Positions 46,137 through 59,769 of a stretch of DNA of 64,000 bases are shown here, piece by piece; within the stretch, counting starts at the first letter, position 1; every line of letters starts with the position of its first letter. The DNA comes from Squalus acanthias (Eukaryota). The stretch covers positions 116,810,001 to 116,874,000 of the forward strand of contig CM059431.1 of NCBI GenBank assembly GCA_030390025.1. Reading direction: 5' to 3'. The translations under genes were made by a program, and so were the position numbers. The notes beneath the pieces are model-generated. The model did no database searches and was not told where the DNA came from. It was given only the letters and a program-made list of their open reading frames with translations.

Positions 46137-47609
46137 ATAGCTATCAAATGGCTGCTGTTGCTAATTGCAGAAGAAACAGTAAGTGTACATTTTACAACAT
46201 GGAGCTAAGTTAGCCACATTTCTGAGGTAATTAGTCACCAGGAGCAGCTGTGCGAAAATGACAGCCTTAAGTTTCCCAGACGACCAGGGCAACATCATCA
46301 AAGACTGCCAATAAGCAAATGGAATGCTAATCACAAAAGTCCATCATAGTTATCAAGCAAGGGTCGGATAGTCTTAAGCGGCACGTGAAGGATACGGTGC
46401 TGCAACTGGCTAGCTTAGTCAAAGAGGAGCTCATCAAGAAAGCAAAAAAGTGCAGTGCCCTAAGAAAATTAATGAGAGTGCAGAAAGACTGAACTTGGCA
46501 TCACTAATCTGCAGACTTCGAATGGAGCTTTATTTTTTTTTTAAATATGCTCATTGTGGACAATACATCTCTGAGCTACACATGCAGTCAGTATTTGGCT
46601 GCCCTCGGATTCAATCGGTTATCAGAGTGTCTGTTAGGAACAGATATAATGGTTGGCTCTCCCAATAGGAGCAATACAGATGATATGGTGTGGCTGGTGC
46701 CAGATACGTCCTCTTCAAATTTCTGAAATGAGCTGTGGGCAAAAAATGTTATGCTTCTATGATCTTACATGCATGGCTAGAGTGTGATTCCTGGCAGAAC
46801 TGGAGTTAAGATTCCCCTTGAGCTCACTACAGGGATCTACCACTCTCTGTTTAACAAGCAAGTGCCTCCAGATCCTTTGGGTATCAGTCTGGTCCAGAAA
46901 ATTAGTTTAGAGCTGGAGTAACATTCTTTATGGGCTTCTTTAGTGTCACTCACCTTATGTTTGCTGCACCAGGTGCTATAGGAGCATATTGTAAGAAAAT
47001 CAAATCATAGAATAATAAAATAATACAGCACAGAAAGAGGCTATTCAGCCCATCAAGTCTGTGGCAGCTGTTTCGAAGAGCAATCCAGTTAGTCCCACTC
47101 CCCCGCTCTTTCCCCATATCCCTGCCATTTTTCTCCAAGTATTTATCCAATTCCCTTTTGACAGCTACTATTGAATCTGTATCCACCACCCTATCAGGAA
47201 ATGCATTCCAAATCCTAATCACACATTGTGTAAAGAAGTTTTTCCTCATGTCACCTCTGGTTCTTTTGCCAATCACCTTAAATCTGCCCTCTGGATATCG
47301 ACCCTTCAGTCATTGGAAACACTTTCTCTTTATTTACTCTATCTAAACCCTTCATGATTTTAAACACCTCGATCAAATCTCTTCTCAGCCTTCTCTGCTC
47401 TAAGGAGAACAGCCCAGCTTCTACAATCTATTCACATAACTGTAATCCCTCATCCCTGGAACCATTCTAGTAAATCTCTTCTGTACCCTCTAGAAAGCCT
47501 TCACGTCCTTCCTAAAATGTGGTGCCCAGAATTGGACACAATATTCCAGCTGGGGCCGAACGAATGTTTAATATAGGTTTAGCACAACTTCCTGGCTTCT
47601 GTACGCAAT

Positions 47610-48441
47610 GGGCTGGATTTTGGCAATGGGGAGCTTTTGGAGGCGGGACTCCCACTTGTCGGGTTTTAGTCCCGCCTCCATCGACTTGTGGTCAACCCAC
47701 GCTATTTTCCCTTGATTGACTTTGTTAAGCCTGCCCAGCGGGCCTAGCAGGCCAATTAAGGGAAAGCCAGTTACAGGTGATGTCAGCGAGTGACGTTTCA
47801 TCTGTCAAGAGCTTTTGACAGATGAAATGTCAGCGTTTGAGAACTCTGTGAAGCTGTCAAACACTGACAATCTGTCTTCTAAGTTCAGTCCTGTCACTCA
47901 GGCTCAGTTAGAGAGCTCTCCTGAGCAGAAAGCAGCTTTTGACAGTTCAGCGGCCATTCTGCTTTCTGTGCCGGTGAGCTGAGGGACTCCCAAGAACTGA
48001 ATGGAGGAAGCCTGCAGAAGAAGTAAAGGTAAGTAATTTTATTAAAACACTTTACATACACCTCACACACTTACCTCTGCACACATGCACCCATCACTCA
48101 CCAGCACATCGGACATCTCGACCCCTCCGACCCCTGCAGACCGACGGCCCACCTCGCTGACCCTGGCGAGGTTCGGAGCCACGGGAAGTCCACACTTCAG
48201 GGCTCAAAATGGGGATTAGCCAAAAAACTGCCTGTTAACTACCTGTTAACAGGCAGTTAAATGGCACTAATCGCCTTCCCGCCTCGAGGAGACGGGACCC
48301 GGCGCGGGTCGGGTACCCACCTCCCTGGAAGATGGCACGGAGGTGGGTTGGGGGCAGGATGGCTACCCGCCCCCAGATTCTGCCATTTTCCCGCAGTCCC
48401 GCCTCGAAACCCGCCTCCCCAGGGCTGGCAAAATCGCCCCC
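47610..48441. mobile_element. Harbinger-type MITE
   Basis: GGGCTGGATTTTG / CAAAATCGCCCCC ends; flanks aat/tat. Confidence 0.85.
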
Positions 48442-48444
48442 TAT

Positions 48445-48720
48445 GGGCTGGATTTTGTCTTGGGGTCGGGTTGGGGTCGTGTCATCCGCATTTCGTGTTC
48501 CCCCCCCCGACTCCAGATTAATGTGGGAGACTGATGCAATTTTCACTTAATTGGGCAATTGAGTTCCAGCATGTGGGAACCCATAAACTAATTAGTGGTT
48601 TCAGTCTGAAAGTCGCCTCTGATGATGTCATCATTGCTGCTGCCTAGTTTCAGAGACTGACTGGATGTTGGTGAGAGAGGACCTGCCTGGCTTTTTGCTG
48701 TGAGTGGACTGGATGCAAAT

Positions 48721-48768
<48 letters not shown>

Positions 48769-49220
48769 TTTTTTCATCCAAGTCCTCTCACAGCAAAGGC
48801 CATGCAGTTTCTGAAGACATTCAATTCAGCAGCGACTTTCAGACCTAATACTACTACTATCGTCGTCATCACATCTCCGTTGTAATAATGGACTTGCAGC
48901 TGATAGTCAGCTATCTACTTGTACTCTCGCCAGGTTTCACTGGAGTGTTTCACACCAGGCGTGCTTCATGCCAGAAAAGGGTTAAACTAGCTAAAATATT
49001 TCAAAATGTCATTACACAGCCAATTTAGGGCTTGTTAAGGGCTTTAATGGCCTCTCCCGCCTCCAAGAGGCAGGATGGAGTCGGGAAACCCGCGACTGAT
49101 TTTGACAAAATCGCGTGGAGGCGGGATAGTGTCGGGATGGGGTCGGGACCCCCGACCCCGCACATTTAACCCCCCACACGCCTCCAAACCCGACTCCATG
49201 GGTCATTCAAAATCCAGCCC
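48445..49220. mobile_element. Harbinger-type MITE with internal (GA)n at 48724-48766
   Basis: Perfect TIR GGGCTGGATTTTG / CAAAATCCAGCCC; TAT TSD; ends resemble those of 41075-45384. Confidence 0.9.
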
Positions 49221-50106
49221 TATGTCTCTATTTCTAAAGCCCTGGATCCCATCTGCTTTATTAACTGCTTTGTTAAACTGTTCTGCCACCTTCAAAGATT
49301 TGTGCACAAATACCCCCAGGTCTCTCTGTTCTTGCACCCCCTTTAAAATTGTACCATTTAGCTTGTATTGTCTTTCCTGATTCTTCCTAATGTACCACCT
49401 CATACTTCTCTGCATTGAATTTCATCTGCCATGTATCCACCCATTCCACCAGCCTGTCAATGTCCTCTTGAAGTCTATTACTATCTTCCTCACTGTTTAC
49501 TCCACTTCCAAGTTTTATGTCATCTGAAAATTTCTAAATTGTGCCCCGTACCCCCAAGTCCAAGTCAATAATGTATATCAAAAACTGCAGTGGTCCAAGT
49601 ACTGAATCTTGGGGAACTTCACTGTATACCTTCCACCAGTCCAAAAAACAGCCATTCACCACAACTCTCTGTTTTCTATCCCTTAGCCAATTTTGTATCC
49701 ATACTGCTACTGCTGCTTTCATCCCATGGGCTTCAATTTTGCTAACAAGCCTAATATGTGGTACTTTATCAAATGACTTTTGAAAGTCCATATACATTAC
49801 AGCAACTGCACTACCCTCATCCACCCTCTCTGTTACCTCATCAAAAAACTCAATCAAGTTACTCAAACATGATTTGCCCTTTACAAATCCATGCTGGCTC
49901 TCCTTTATTAATCCATTCTTGTACAAGTTGCTGCTAATTTTCTCCCAGATTATTGTTTCTAAAAGCTTCCCCACCACTGTCGTTAAACTGACTGGCCTGT
50001 AATTGCCAGGTTTATCTTCTCCCCCTTTTTGGACAAGCATACAACATTTGTCAATATTGTTCAGTGTTTCCATTGTTTGTGGCTATTGATAAGCAATAGG
50101 GAATAG

Positions 50107-50298
50107 GAATTGCCTCCCTAAACCGCTCACCTCTCTGCCTCTCTCTCCTCCTTTAAGACGCTCCTTGAAGCTTTTGGTCACCTGTCCTAATATTTCCTTA
50201 TGTGGCTCGTGTCAAATTTTATTTGATAACGCTCTTGTGAAGCACCTTGGGACATTTTACTACAGTAAAGGTGCTATATAAATGCAAGTTGTTGTTGT
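50107..50298 (+). mobile_element. L2 3' end fragment
   Basis: Matches the L2 3' sequence at 6850-7375; tail gctatataaatgcaagttgttgttg. Confidence 0.85.
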
Positions 50299-53200
50299 TT
50301 AATTGATCATTTGTGAATACAGTTCTTAATGTTTTTTTCGTTGGTGTTTCGATGTGTAGTGATGCGGACTGAGTTAAACTTGAATTTGGCAGGAAGGAGT
50401 CTGAAAGAAGCAATCAAACTGAGTCCAATATGAAATTTTGTAAGCATTGTAAGCGCAGTTTCCATTTGGTTGATCTTTATGCTATAACTCATTGTTCACG
50501 TGTGTCTAGAACATTACACTTGCAATTTTTCAGGGTTTAGAAAATGAATTCAGGTGGACAAATGTCCTGTATAAGGTCACATTCTTTGGCCACCAGAGCA
50601 CCAGAGATCCAATCCAATGTCCCACTGCTCACCAGACAGGAAAGCTGTAAAACCGGTTTGTGCATTAGAGATGAACACTAATCTGAAATTGAAACGCAAG
50701 CGATTATTTACTAAGTGCCTGAATTTGAACCAATTTTGGCACTTTACACCCAGTCTGCCTGTTATCTAAGAAAACAAATACACACTTGGCAGTTCCACAT
50801 AGGCACGTCCCTGTTTTTATAACAGATGCCCTGCAATCATGATGGGTTTTTATTTATGATGAGTAAATGCAATCTGTGATCACAGCTCCAAACATTTCTT
50901 TTCTTTTTTATTGACTTAATTGAGGCGAATCTCCCTGGTGGTTTCCTTGCTCCTCCACCGTAACTTCAGTAGGTGTATGTGGGACTTGCCGAATTTACAG
51001 CAGATGCGTGGGAGACCTTCCACCCCTTGCGGTAATTCATCCCCTATTTTTCTGGCTGTGGATCTTCCTTGATGTCAGGGACAAGCCTGTACAGGCCTAT
51101 AATGGAAAGGCTGTATTGTGGGCTGTCTAGCTGCCAGCCTGGCCTGCCCACAGCCTGAAGAAAATGGTGCGCAGTGGCATCCAGCATCCAGCAGTGGCAT
51201 CCAGCACTTACATTTACAACTGTTGCCACTCTGCCTTCAAAGTCAGGGCACAAAACCATATTATGACGTTGTGTTCTGTAACCCCAGGAGCAAATACGCC
51301 AGCCCCTCATTTATATTATGGCACGACCTCGGAAAGCAACTCTGCAACATAAACAGGATTTGAGGGAGACATAACTTGCAACTCCTTTTAAATATTTGTC
51401 AGAGTAACGTACATTAAAACAAGGTAATATTTTGAGATCAAAAGAATCATTGCCACTTCGAATGAGTGACACCTGTCAAGACTAGTAGACAAAGTGAATC
51501 CTGAGGTGATCTTCTCGAGCCTGTGTAATGTCAGAGCAATTCACAGCGTTGTACATCCTATTAAGGTTGACAGAGCAGCATAGCTCTGCACGAGGTCTGT
51601 TCTGCAAACCAAGTGAATAGCCTTGCTTTCTCTTGTTTTGTAAATGAACTGCTTTTGTTAGTACAGTATTGCACGCGTTCTGTACATGTTTCAGACCACA
51701 GTGAGTGGAGAAAAGTTTGCCAGTGAATGCGAGGTACTGCTGTAAGGAAACGGTTAAATTCTTTATATTAACTTTAGCTTTTAAGTGAGTTTCTATTAGA
51801 AGGCTGGAGCTATCAGTTTAATTTCCAGTGAAATATTCAGTGGGAAGTAAAAGTTGCCAGCGAGTTTAGCCGATAAGCATTTGGCTACAAGCTTTCTCTG
51901 TCTCAGTCTCAGCTGTCCTCCGAGGGATTAACTCCTCCAAGGTCATGATAGAGTGTTGGGCAGTGATTTCTATTAAAAATGGAGTTATGGCAGTTAATTG
52001 GGTGAGGTAATACTTTGAAACATGCAGATTCTCACGTAACCAGTGTGAAAGAAAGGTATAAAAAGAGGGGTGTTAGATTAGATACTTCAGAATTCAAACA
52101 GGCTTGGCCAGCCCATCCCCTCGAGCTCGAGAACTGTAACGTATGAATTCACCGGCAATTCATATTATCGTAAGTGTAATCCTAAGTATATGTGTAATTA
52201 TTATTAATAATGGTTATCATTGTATGCTTAATTCCTATGAAAGGCGATCAATGCCTTTGAACTCTACTATCTTATGGAATAACTTATAAGTTTATAAGAA
52301 ATACATCCATTCCCAAAACACAGCCTGTTACTCTTGGAGTACTGTATGCCATAAGCTTCACTCACACCACTGTCACACAATAGAAGAGTGATATCATGAA
52401 GCCCCAATACAAAGGACCATGAGGAATTTAGAACTAATCATTTTTTGTCCAGACATTTTTAAAAGTGAAGCTTTTCCTTGAAAATTCAGTTGGGAAAGTG
52501 ATGAAAGGAGAGATTATTTAAACTGCAGCAGACTTTTATATTCACGGTCAGCTTTGAACTAATGCCCCTGAATCAGTCACTGTATGCATAATTCTGTTCA
52601 ATTAAAATTGGTGAACAAGATAGATGTGTCAGAGTTGTAATAAATTAGATTAAAACATATTTTTAAATGCAAATTTCAGAACAATAATAATTATCCCTGA
52701 AGAGTTAAAAATAATTTCAAAGCCTAGAATTAGGTTTTAAAAGCAGGTAAATAATATTTTATCCTTGAAGTAGAGATAGCTGATTGCATTTTTGTTATTC
52801 ATCAGGCTCTTATTTACATAAATTATTCAGCTCTGTGAGTTACAGCTATTTCCCCATATTTTACTCAGCTATCCATCAATCAACAATATCCTTGAATAGT
52901 CTATGATGTGGCTGAGTTAAAATTCTGTCATTGTGACTCATTTGCACAGTAAATGTTACAAAATTATAGGCAAATGTTAACGCTGAGGCAAGTGGCAGTA
53001 ACAGTGACACGCCTCTTACTATAATTCCATATTCTGTGGTTTTGCTTGACCTGCTGAATGGGGAATTGAAACAGGGAGTCGAAACCTCAAAACAGCTTTG
53101 TGACATAATCAAAATATTGCACTGGGACTGCAGTTGTTTCTCACTTCATCTTTGCTTGCGGCATTTTGTAGATTGTCAAAACTGGAGAGGTGAAATCTGC

Positions 53201-54174
53201 CCGACCCAATTTAGTTGGAGTGTGATTAGAATAATTCAATTGATATGATACTTAAAGTAAAATCCACCAAAATGTTTTTGAATCATAGTTGATATTATGT
53301 TGCTATTATCAATAATTTTTTATAGTACGTAAATACAGAATCTATCTCACAAGTAAATAATACATTGCTCCTGAATTATTTGATTTCTTTACTCAAATGA
53401 AATAAATTCCTTATTAAATAATTTACTTTAGAAGACCCTTTATTGTCTATTAGGTAGAACAGAAAGTTCTCCTTTGAGGTAACTGAGTATTATTTTGAGA
53501 AATATCCTATTATATAAAAAAGCAGAGATTGGGAGAACGCATCCTACTGTAAATAAAATACTTGGTACATCAAATGAAAAAGCACAGTGTAAATATCAGA
53601 AGTGTAGAGTACTCTGACATTGGATAGAAGTTAAATGTTGATCCACTGTAGTAAGGTTCTGGAGCTCCTCACGAGAAAATCAGCAATGTAATTCAGAAAG
53701 CCTTTCTGTCACATGACAGGCTGTTTGGATCAAAGACATTTAATAAGGCAGGTTTTTCCTGTCAACAACATCACAATCAGGTGAACCATTTGGCTAAGAG
53801 AAGGTCAAAGATGTCACTGATCAATCTTCCATCCATCTCGTATTGTACTATGTTTAGTTCTTTATTGCACATGGATTTCAAATCAATGAACTTGTAGGGG
53901 GTCTGCTTAGAAGTCACTCTTGGTAATTACACATCTACTGGTAATCATTTTTCTTTAACCGTTCTGTCCATTGAGATATAAATGTAAAAGGTACTTGGTG
54001 ATTAATGTATCCCCAAAATAATTAGTTGCTGGATAAAAATTGTGCAGGACGTTCATACCACAGTATTCTATGAAAGTTTTAAAATATTATTTAAAGTGAA
54101 TTGTATTGGGCATTTGTTCTTTTAATCAATCAATATTAATCCGTTAAATGAAAATGGTGAAGCAAATTCTATCG

Positions 54175-54395
54175 AAGAAAGAAGAAAGAACTGGATTTAT
54201 ATAACCCCTTTCATGACCTCAGGTCCCAAAGCGCTTAACAGCCAATGAATTACATTTGAAGTATAGTCACTGCTATAATGTAGGAAAAATACCACAGCTA
54301 AAATTTCACACAGGCAGCAATGAGATAATGATTAGATAATCTGTTTGAGAGGCATAGGAGAACTCCCCTGCTCTTCTTCCTATAATGCCATGGGG
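54175..54395 (-). mobile_element. Deu-domain SINE 3' half
   Basis: Homologous to the 3' half of 10681-11136. Confidence 0.75.
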
Positions 54396-54875
54396 GCCTT
54401 GGGCTCAAAATGGCAGGCAGGAAGTGCGCACACACTTCTGGCTGGAAGTGCGCCAACTGGCATATTGGGTAAGGACAAAAAGAAGGCGTCCTTTATTCAC
54501 GCCTAAAACTGGTGTTACACCCTTTGCACATGCAAATGAGTCCCCTCTCCAACATTGGTTTGTCCTGAGGCAGCCACGCAACCAGCCCCAGGGATCGCCT
54601 GCAACAAAGAAGATAAGTTACTTACCTAAATGTGGAGCCGGGAGGAGCAGGAGTGTTCCTCCGACCCCACATTTAACCACCCAATGGCCCGATCGCCACC
54701 GCTCCTGACCACTGATCCTCAGCCCCGGACTCCTCTCCCAGCCATCAATCGCCCACGCTGACGGCCCCAACACCCAAATAGCTGCGTCCCGGCCCCAGTG
54801 ACTATAAGCCACAAGATCCCAGGCCCGATCTTCCTTCCCTGGCCCTCGTAACTCCAGGCCCCCCAGGCCCTATAT
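54395..54875. mobile_element. Degraded GC-rich MITE-like repeat
   Basis: Shares the ACTTACCT and GGAGCAGGAGTG motifs with ~10590-11374 and ~23033-23470; no clear TIR. Confidence 0.4.
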
Positions 54876-54881
54876 ACCCAA

Positions 54882-55460
54882 TAAGAACATTAGAAATAAG
54901 CGCAGGAGTAGGCCATTCGGTCCTTTGAGCCTGCTCCGCCATTCAATCAGATTCTGGCTGATCATCTACCTCAACTTCACCTTCCCGTACTATCCTCATA
55001 TCCCTTGGTTGCCTTAGTATCCAAAAATATAGTGATTTCTGTCTTAAATATACTCAACAACTGAGCATCCAAGCCCTCTGGGGTAGAGAATTCCAAAGAT
55101 TCATAACCTTTTGATTGAAGAAAATTCTCCTCATCTCAGTCGTAAATGGCCAGCCCCTTATTCTGAGACTGTGACCCCTAGTTCTAGTTTCCCCAGCTAG
55201 GGGAAACATCCTCCCTGCAACTACCCTGTCAAGCCTGGTAAAAATGTTATATATTTCAATGAGATCACCTCTCATTCTTCTAAACTCAAGGGAATATAGG
55301 CCTAGTCTACTCAAGCTCTCCTCATAGGACAATCCCCTCATCCCAGGAATCAGTCTAGTGAACCTTCATTGCACTCCTTCTAAGGCAAGTATATCCTTCC
55401 TTAGGTAAGGAGAAAAAACTTTACACAATACTCCAGGTGTGGTCTCACCAAGGCCCTATC
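54882..55460 (-). mobile_element. CR1 3' fragment
   Basis: ORF 55054-55341 (LYSLEFRRMRGDLIE); 3' tail. Confidence 0.92.
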
Positions 55461-58378
55461 TATTTTTTTTATTCGTTCCTGGGATCTGGACAGCACTGGC
55501 AAGGCCAGCATTTATTGCCAATCCTTAATTGCCCTTAAGAAGGTGGTGGTGAGCCGCCTTCTTGAACTGCTGCAGTCCTTGTGGTGAAGGTACTCCCACA
55601 GTGCTGTTAGGGAGGGAGTTCCAGGATTTTGTCCCAGCGATGATGAAGGAACGGTGATATATTTCCAAGTCAGGATGGTGTGTGACTTGGAGGGGAACTT
55701 GCAGGTGATGGTGTTCCCATGCGTCTGGTGCTCTTGTCCTTCTAGGTGGTAGAGGTCGCGGGTTTGGGAGGTGCTGTCGAAGAAGCCTTGGCGAGTTGCA
55801 ACAGAGCATCTTGTAGATGGTACACACTGCAGCCGCTGAATGCTGGTGGTGGAGGGAGTGAATGTTTAAGGTGGTGGATGGGGTGTTGATCAAGCGGGCT
55901 GCTATGTCTTGGATGGTGTCGAGCTTCTTGAGTGTTGTTGGAGCTGCACTCATCCAGGCAAGTGGAGAGTATTCCATCACACTCCTTACTTGTGCCTTGT
56001 AGATGGTGCAAAGGCTTTGGAGAGTCAGGAGGTGATACAATCGCCGCAGAATACCCAGCCTCTGACCTGCTCTTGTAGCCACAGTATTTATGTGGTTGGT
56101 CCAGTTAAGTTTCTGGACAATGGTGACCCCCCAGGATGTTGATGGTAGGGATTCGGCGATGGTAATGCCGTTGAATGTCAAGGGGCGGTGGTTAGACTCT
56201 CGCTTGTTGGAGATAGTCATTGCCTGGCACTTGTGACGTGCGAATGTTACCTGCCACTCATCAGCCCAAGCCTGAATGTTGTCCAAGTTTTGCTGCATGC
56301 GGGCATGGACTGCTTCATTATCTGCGGAGTTGTGAATGGCACTGAACACTGTGCAGTCATCAGCGAACCTCCCCACTTCTGACCTTATGATGGAGGGAAG
56401 GTCATTGATGAAGCAGCTGAAGATAGTTGGGCCTAGGACACTGCCCTGAGGAACTCCTGCAGCGATGTTCTGGGACTGAGATGGTTGATCTCCAACAACC
56501 ACAAGCATCTTCCTTTGTACTAGGTATGACTCCAGCTGGTGGAGAGTTTTCCCCCTGATTCCCATTGACTTCAGTTTTACCAGAGATCCCTGATGCCACA
56601 CTCGGTTAAATGCTGCCTTGATGTCAAGAGCAATCACTCTCACCTCACCTCTGGAATTGAACTCTTTGTCCACGTTTGGACCAAGGCTGTAATGAGGTCT
56701 GGAGCTGAGTGATCCTGGCGGAACCCAAACTGAGCATCAGTGAGCAAGTTATTGGTGAGTAAGTGCAGCTTGATAGCACTGTCGATGATACCTTCCATCA
56801 CTTTGCTGATGATTGAGAGTAGACTGATGGGGCAGTAATTGGCCGGATTGGATTTGTACTACTTTTTTTGGACAGGACATACCTGGATAGTTTTCCACAT
56901 TTTTGGGTAGATGCCAGTGTTGTAGCTGTACTGGAACACCTTGGCTAGAGGCGCAGCTAGTTCTGTAGCACAGGTCTTCAGTACGACAGCTGGGACGTTG
57001 TCGGGGCCCATAGCCTTTGATGTATTCAATGCATTCAGCCGTTTCTTGATATCACATGGAGTGAATCGAATTGGCTGAAGACTGGCTTCTGCAATGGTGG
57101 GGGCGTCAGGAGGAGGTCGAGATGGATCATCCACTCGGCACTTCTGGCTGAATATGGTTGTAAATGCTTCAGCCTTGTCTTTTGCACTGGCGTGCTGGTC
57201 TCCACCATCATTGAGGATGGGGATATTCATGGAGCCTCCTCCTCCCGTTCGTTGTTTTATTGTCCACCACCATTCACGACTGGATGTGGCAGGACTGCAG
57301 AGCTTTGATCTGATCCGTTGATTGTGGGATCTCTTAGCTCTGTCTCTCGCATGCTGCTTCCACTGTTTAGCATGCAAGTAATCCTGTGTTGCAGCTTCCC
57401 CAGACTGGCACCTCATTTTTAGGTACGCCTGGTGCTGCCCCAGGCATGCTCTTCTGCACTCCTCATTGAACCAGGATTTGTCCCCTGGCTTGATGTTAAT
57501 GGTAGAGTGAGGGATATGCCAGGCCATGAGGTTACAGATTGTGGTGGAATACAATTCTACTGCTGCTGATGGCCCACATCGTCTCATGGATGCCCAGTTT
57601 TGAGCTGCTAGATCTGTTCTGAATTTATCCCATTTAGCAGGGTGGTAGTGCCACACAACACAATGGAGGGTGTCTTCAGTGTGATCTCCACAATGACTGT
57701 GCAGAGGTCACTGCTATCAATGCTGTCATGGACAGATACATCTGCAACAGGTAGATTGGTGGGGACGAGGTCAAGTAGGTTTTCCCTCATGTTGGTTCTC
57801 TCACCACTTGTCTGGCAGCTATGTCCTTCATGACTTAGCCAGCTCGGTCAGTAGTGATGCACCGAGCCACACTTGGTGATGGGCAGTGAAGTCCCCCACC
57901 CACAGTACATTCTGTGCCCTTGATACTCTCAGTGCTTCTTCCAAGTGGTGTTCAACATGGAGGAGTACTGATTCATCAGCTGAGGGAGGGCGGTAGGTGG
58001 TAATCAGTTGGAGGTTTCCTTGCCCATACTTGACCTGAAGCCATGAGACTTCATGGGGTCCAGAGTTAATGTTGAGGACTCCCAGGGCCACTCCCTGCAG
58101 ACTGTATACCACTGTACCGCCACCTCTGGTTGGTCTCTCCTTTTGGTACAGGACATACCCTGTCTCCTGACTCCTGATGGACGAGTCTGGGACATTGGCT
58201 GAAAGGTATGATTCTGTGAGTATGACTATGTCAGGCTATTGCTTAACTCATCTGTGTGACAGCTCTCCCAATTTTGACACATTCCCCAGATGTTAGTGAG
58301 GAGGACTTTGTAGGGTCAACTGGGCTGGGTGTGCCATTGTCGTATCCGAAGCCAGTGCCGAGGTCGATGCCGGGTGCC
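55461..58378 (-). mobile_element. CR1-Zenon-like LINE with disrupted EN-RT ORF
   Basis: [44 protein letters not shown]-rich tail. Confidence 0.9.
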
Positions 58379-59732
58379 CACTGGAGTAGAGAATTCCAAA
58401 GATTCACCACCCTCTGAGTGAAGAAATTTCTCCTCATCTTAGTCCTAAATGGCCAGGACAGGGGAAACATCCTCCCTGCATCTACCCTGTCAAGCCTGTA
58501 AGAATTTTGTATGTTTCAATGAGATCATCTCTCATTCTTCTAAAATCTAAAGAATATAGGCCTAGTCTACTCAATCTCTCCTCATAGGAATCAGTCTGGT
58601 GAACCTTCGTTGCACTCCCTCTATGACAAGTATATCCTTCCTTAGGTAAGGAGACTAAAATGCACACAATACTCCAGGTGTGGTCTCACCAGGGCCCTAT
58701 ATAATTGCAGTAAGACTTCTTTACTCTTATACTCCAATCTCATTGTAATACAAGCTAACATACTATTTGCTTTCGTAATTGCTTGCTGTACCTGCATGTT
58801 AACTTTCAGTGATTCGTGTACAAGGACACCTAGGTCATTCTGAATACCAATATTTCCCAATCTCTCACCATTTAAAAAATATTCTGCTTTTCTATTTTTC
58901 CTGCCAAGTGGATAACTTCACATTTCTCCACATTATATTCCATCTGCCACGTTCTTGCCCACTCACTTAACATGTCTATATCCCTTTGCACCCTCCTCAG
59001 AGTTTACTTTCTCACCTAGCTTTGTATCTTCAGCAAACTTGGATACATTACACTCGGTCCTCTCATCTAAGTCATTAATATGAGGCCCAAGCACTGATCC
59101 TATGGTACCCCACTAGTTACAGCCTGCCAACTCGAAAATTACCCATTTATTCCTACTCTCTTTTCTGTCCGTTAACCAATCCTCAATCCATGCTAATATA
59201 TTACTCCCAATCCCATGATCCCTAATTTTATGTAATAACCTCTTGTGTGGCACCTTATCGAATGCTTCTTGAAAATCCAAATACACTACATCCACTAATT
59301 CCCCTTTATCTACCCTGCTAGTTGCAACCTCAAACACCTCTAACAGATTTGTCAAACATGATATTCCTTTCATAAATCTGTGTTGACTCTGCCCAATCAT
59401 ATTATGATTTTCTAAGTGCCCTGTTACCATGTCCTTAATAATAGATTCTAGCATTTTCTCTACTACTGATGTCAGGTTAACTGGCCTATAGTTTCCTGTT
59501 TTCACTCTCCTTTTCTTGAATAGCGGGATTACGTTTGCTACCTTCCAATCTGCGGGGATCATTCTAAAATCTAGGCAAATCTGGAAGATTGAAACCAATG
59601 CATCCACAACTACATCTTTTAAAACCCTAGTATGTAGGCCATCAGGTCCAGGGGATTTGTTGGCTTTTAGTCCCATTAATTTCTCTAGTACTATTTCTTT
59701 ACTAATACTAATTTCCTTAAGTTCTTCAAAAT
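58379..59732 (-). mobile_element. CR1 ORF2 (RT) fragment lacking both ends
   Basis: [34 protein letters not shown]. Confidence 0.93.
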
Positions 59733-59769
59733 TGTTCAAATGCAAATCATCAAACATTACATACAATAA

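Larger units (their letters stand above)
47003..50045 (-). mobile_element. 5'-truncated CR1 of a different subfamily, interrupted by tandem MITEs
   Basis: ORF pieces NYRPVSL..QHGF..DFQKSFD, EQRDLGV, RKNFFTQ. Confidence 0.92.
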
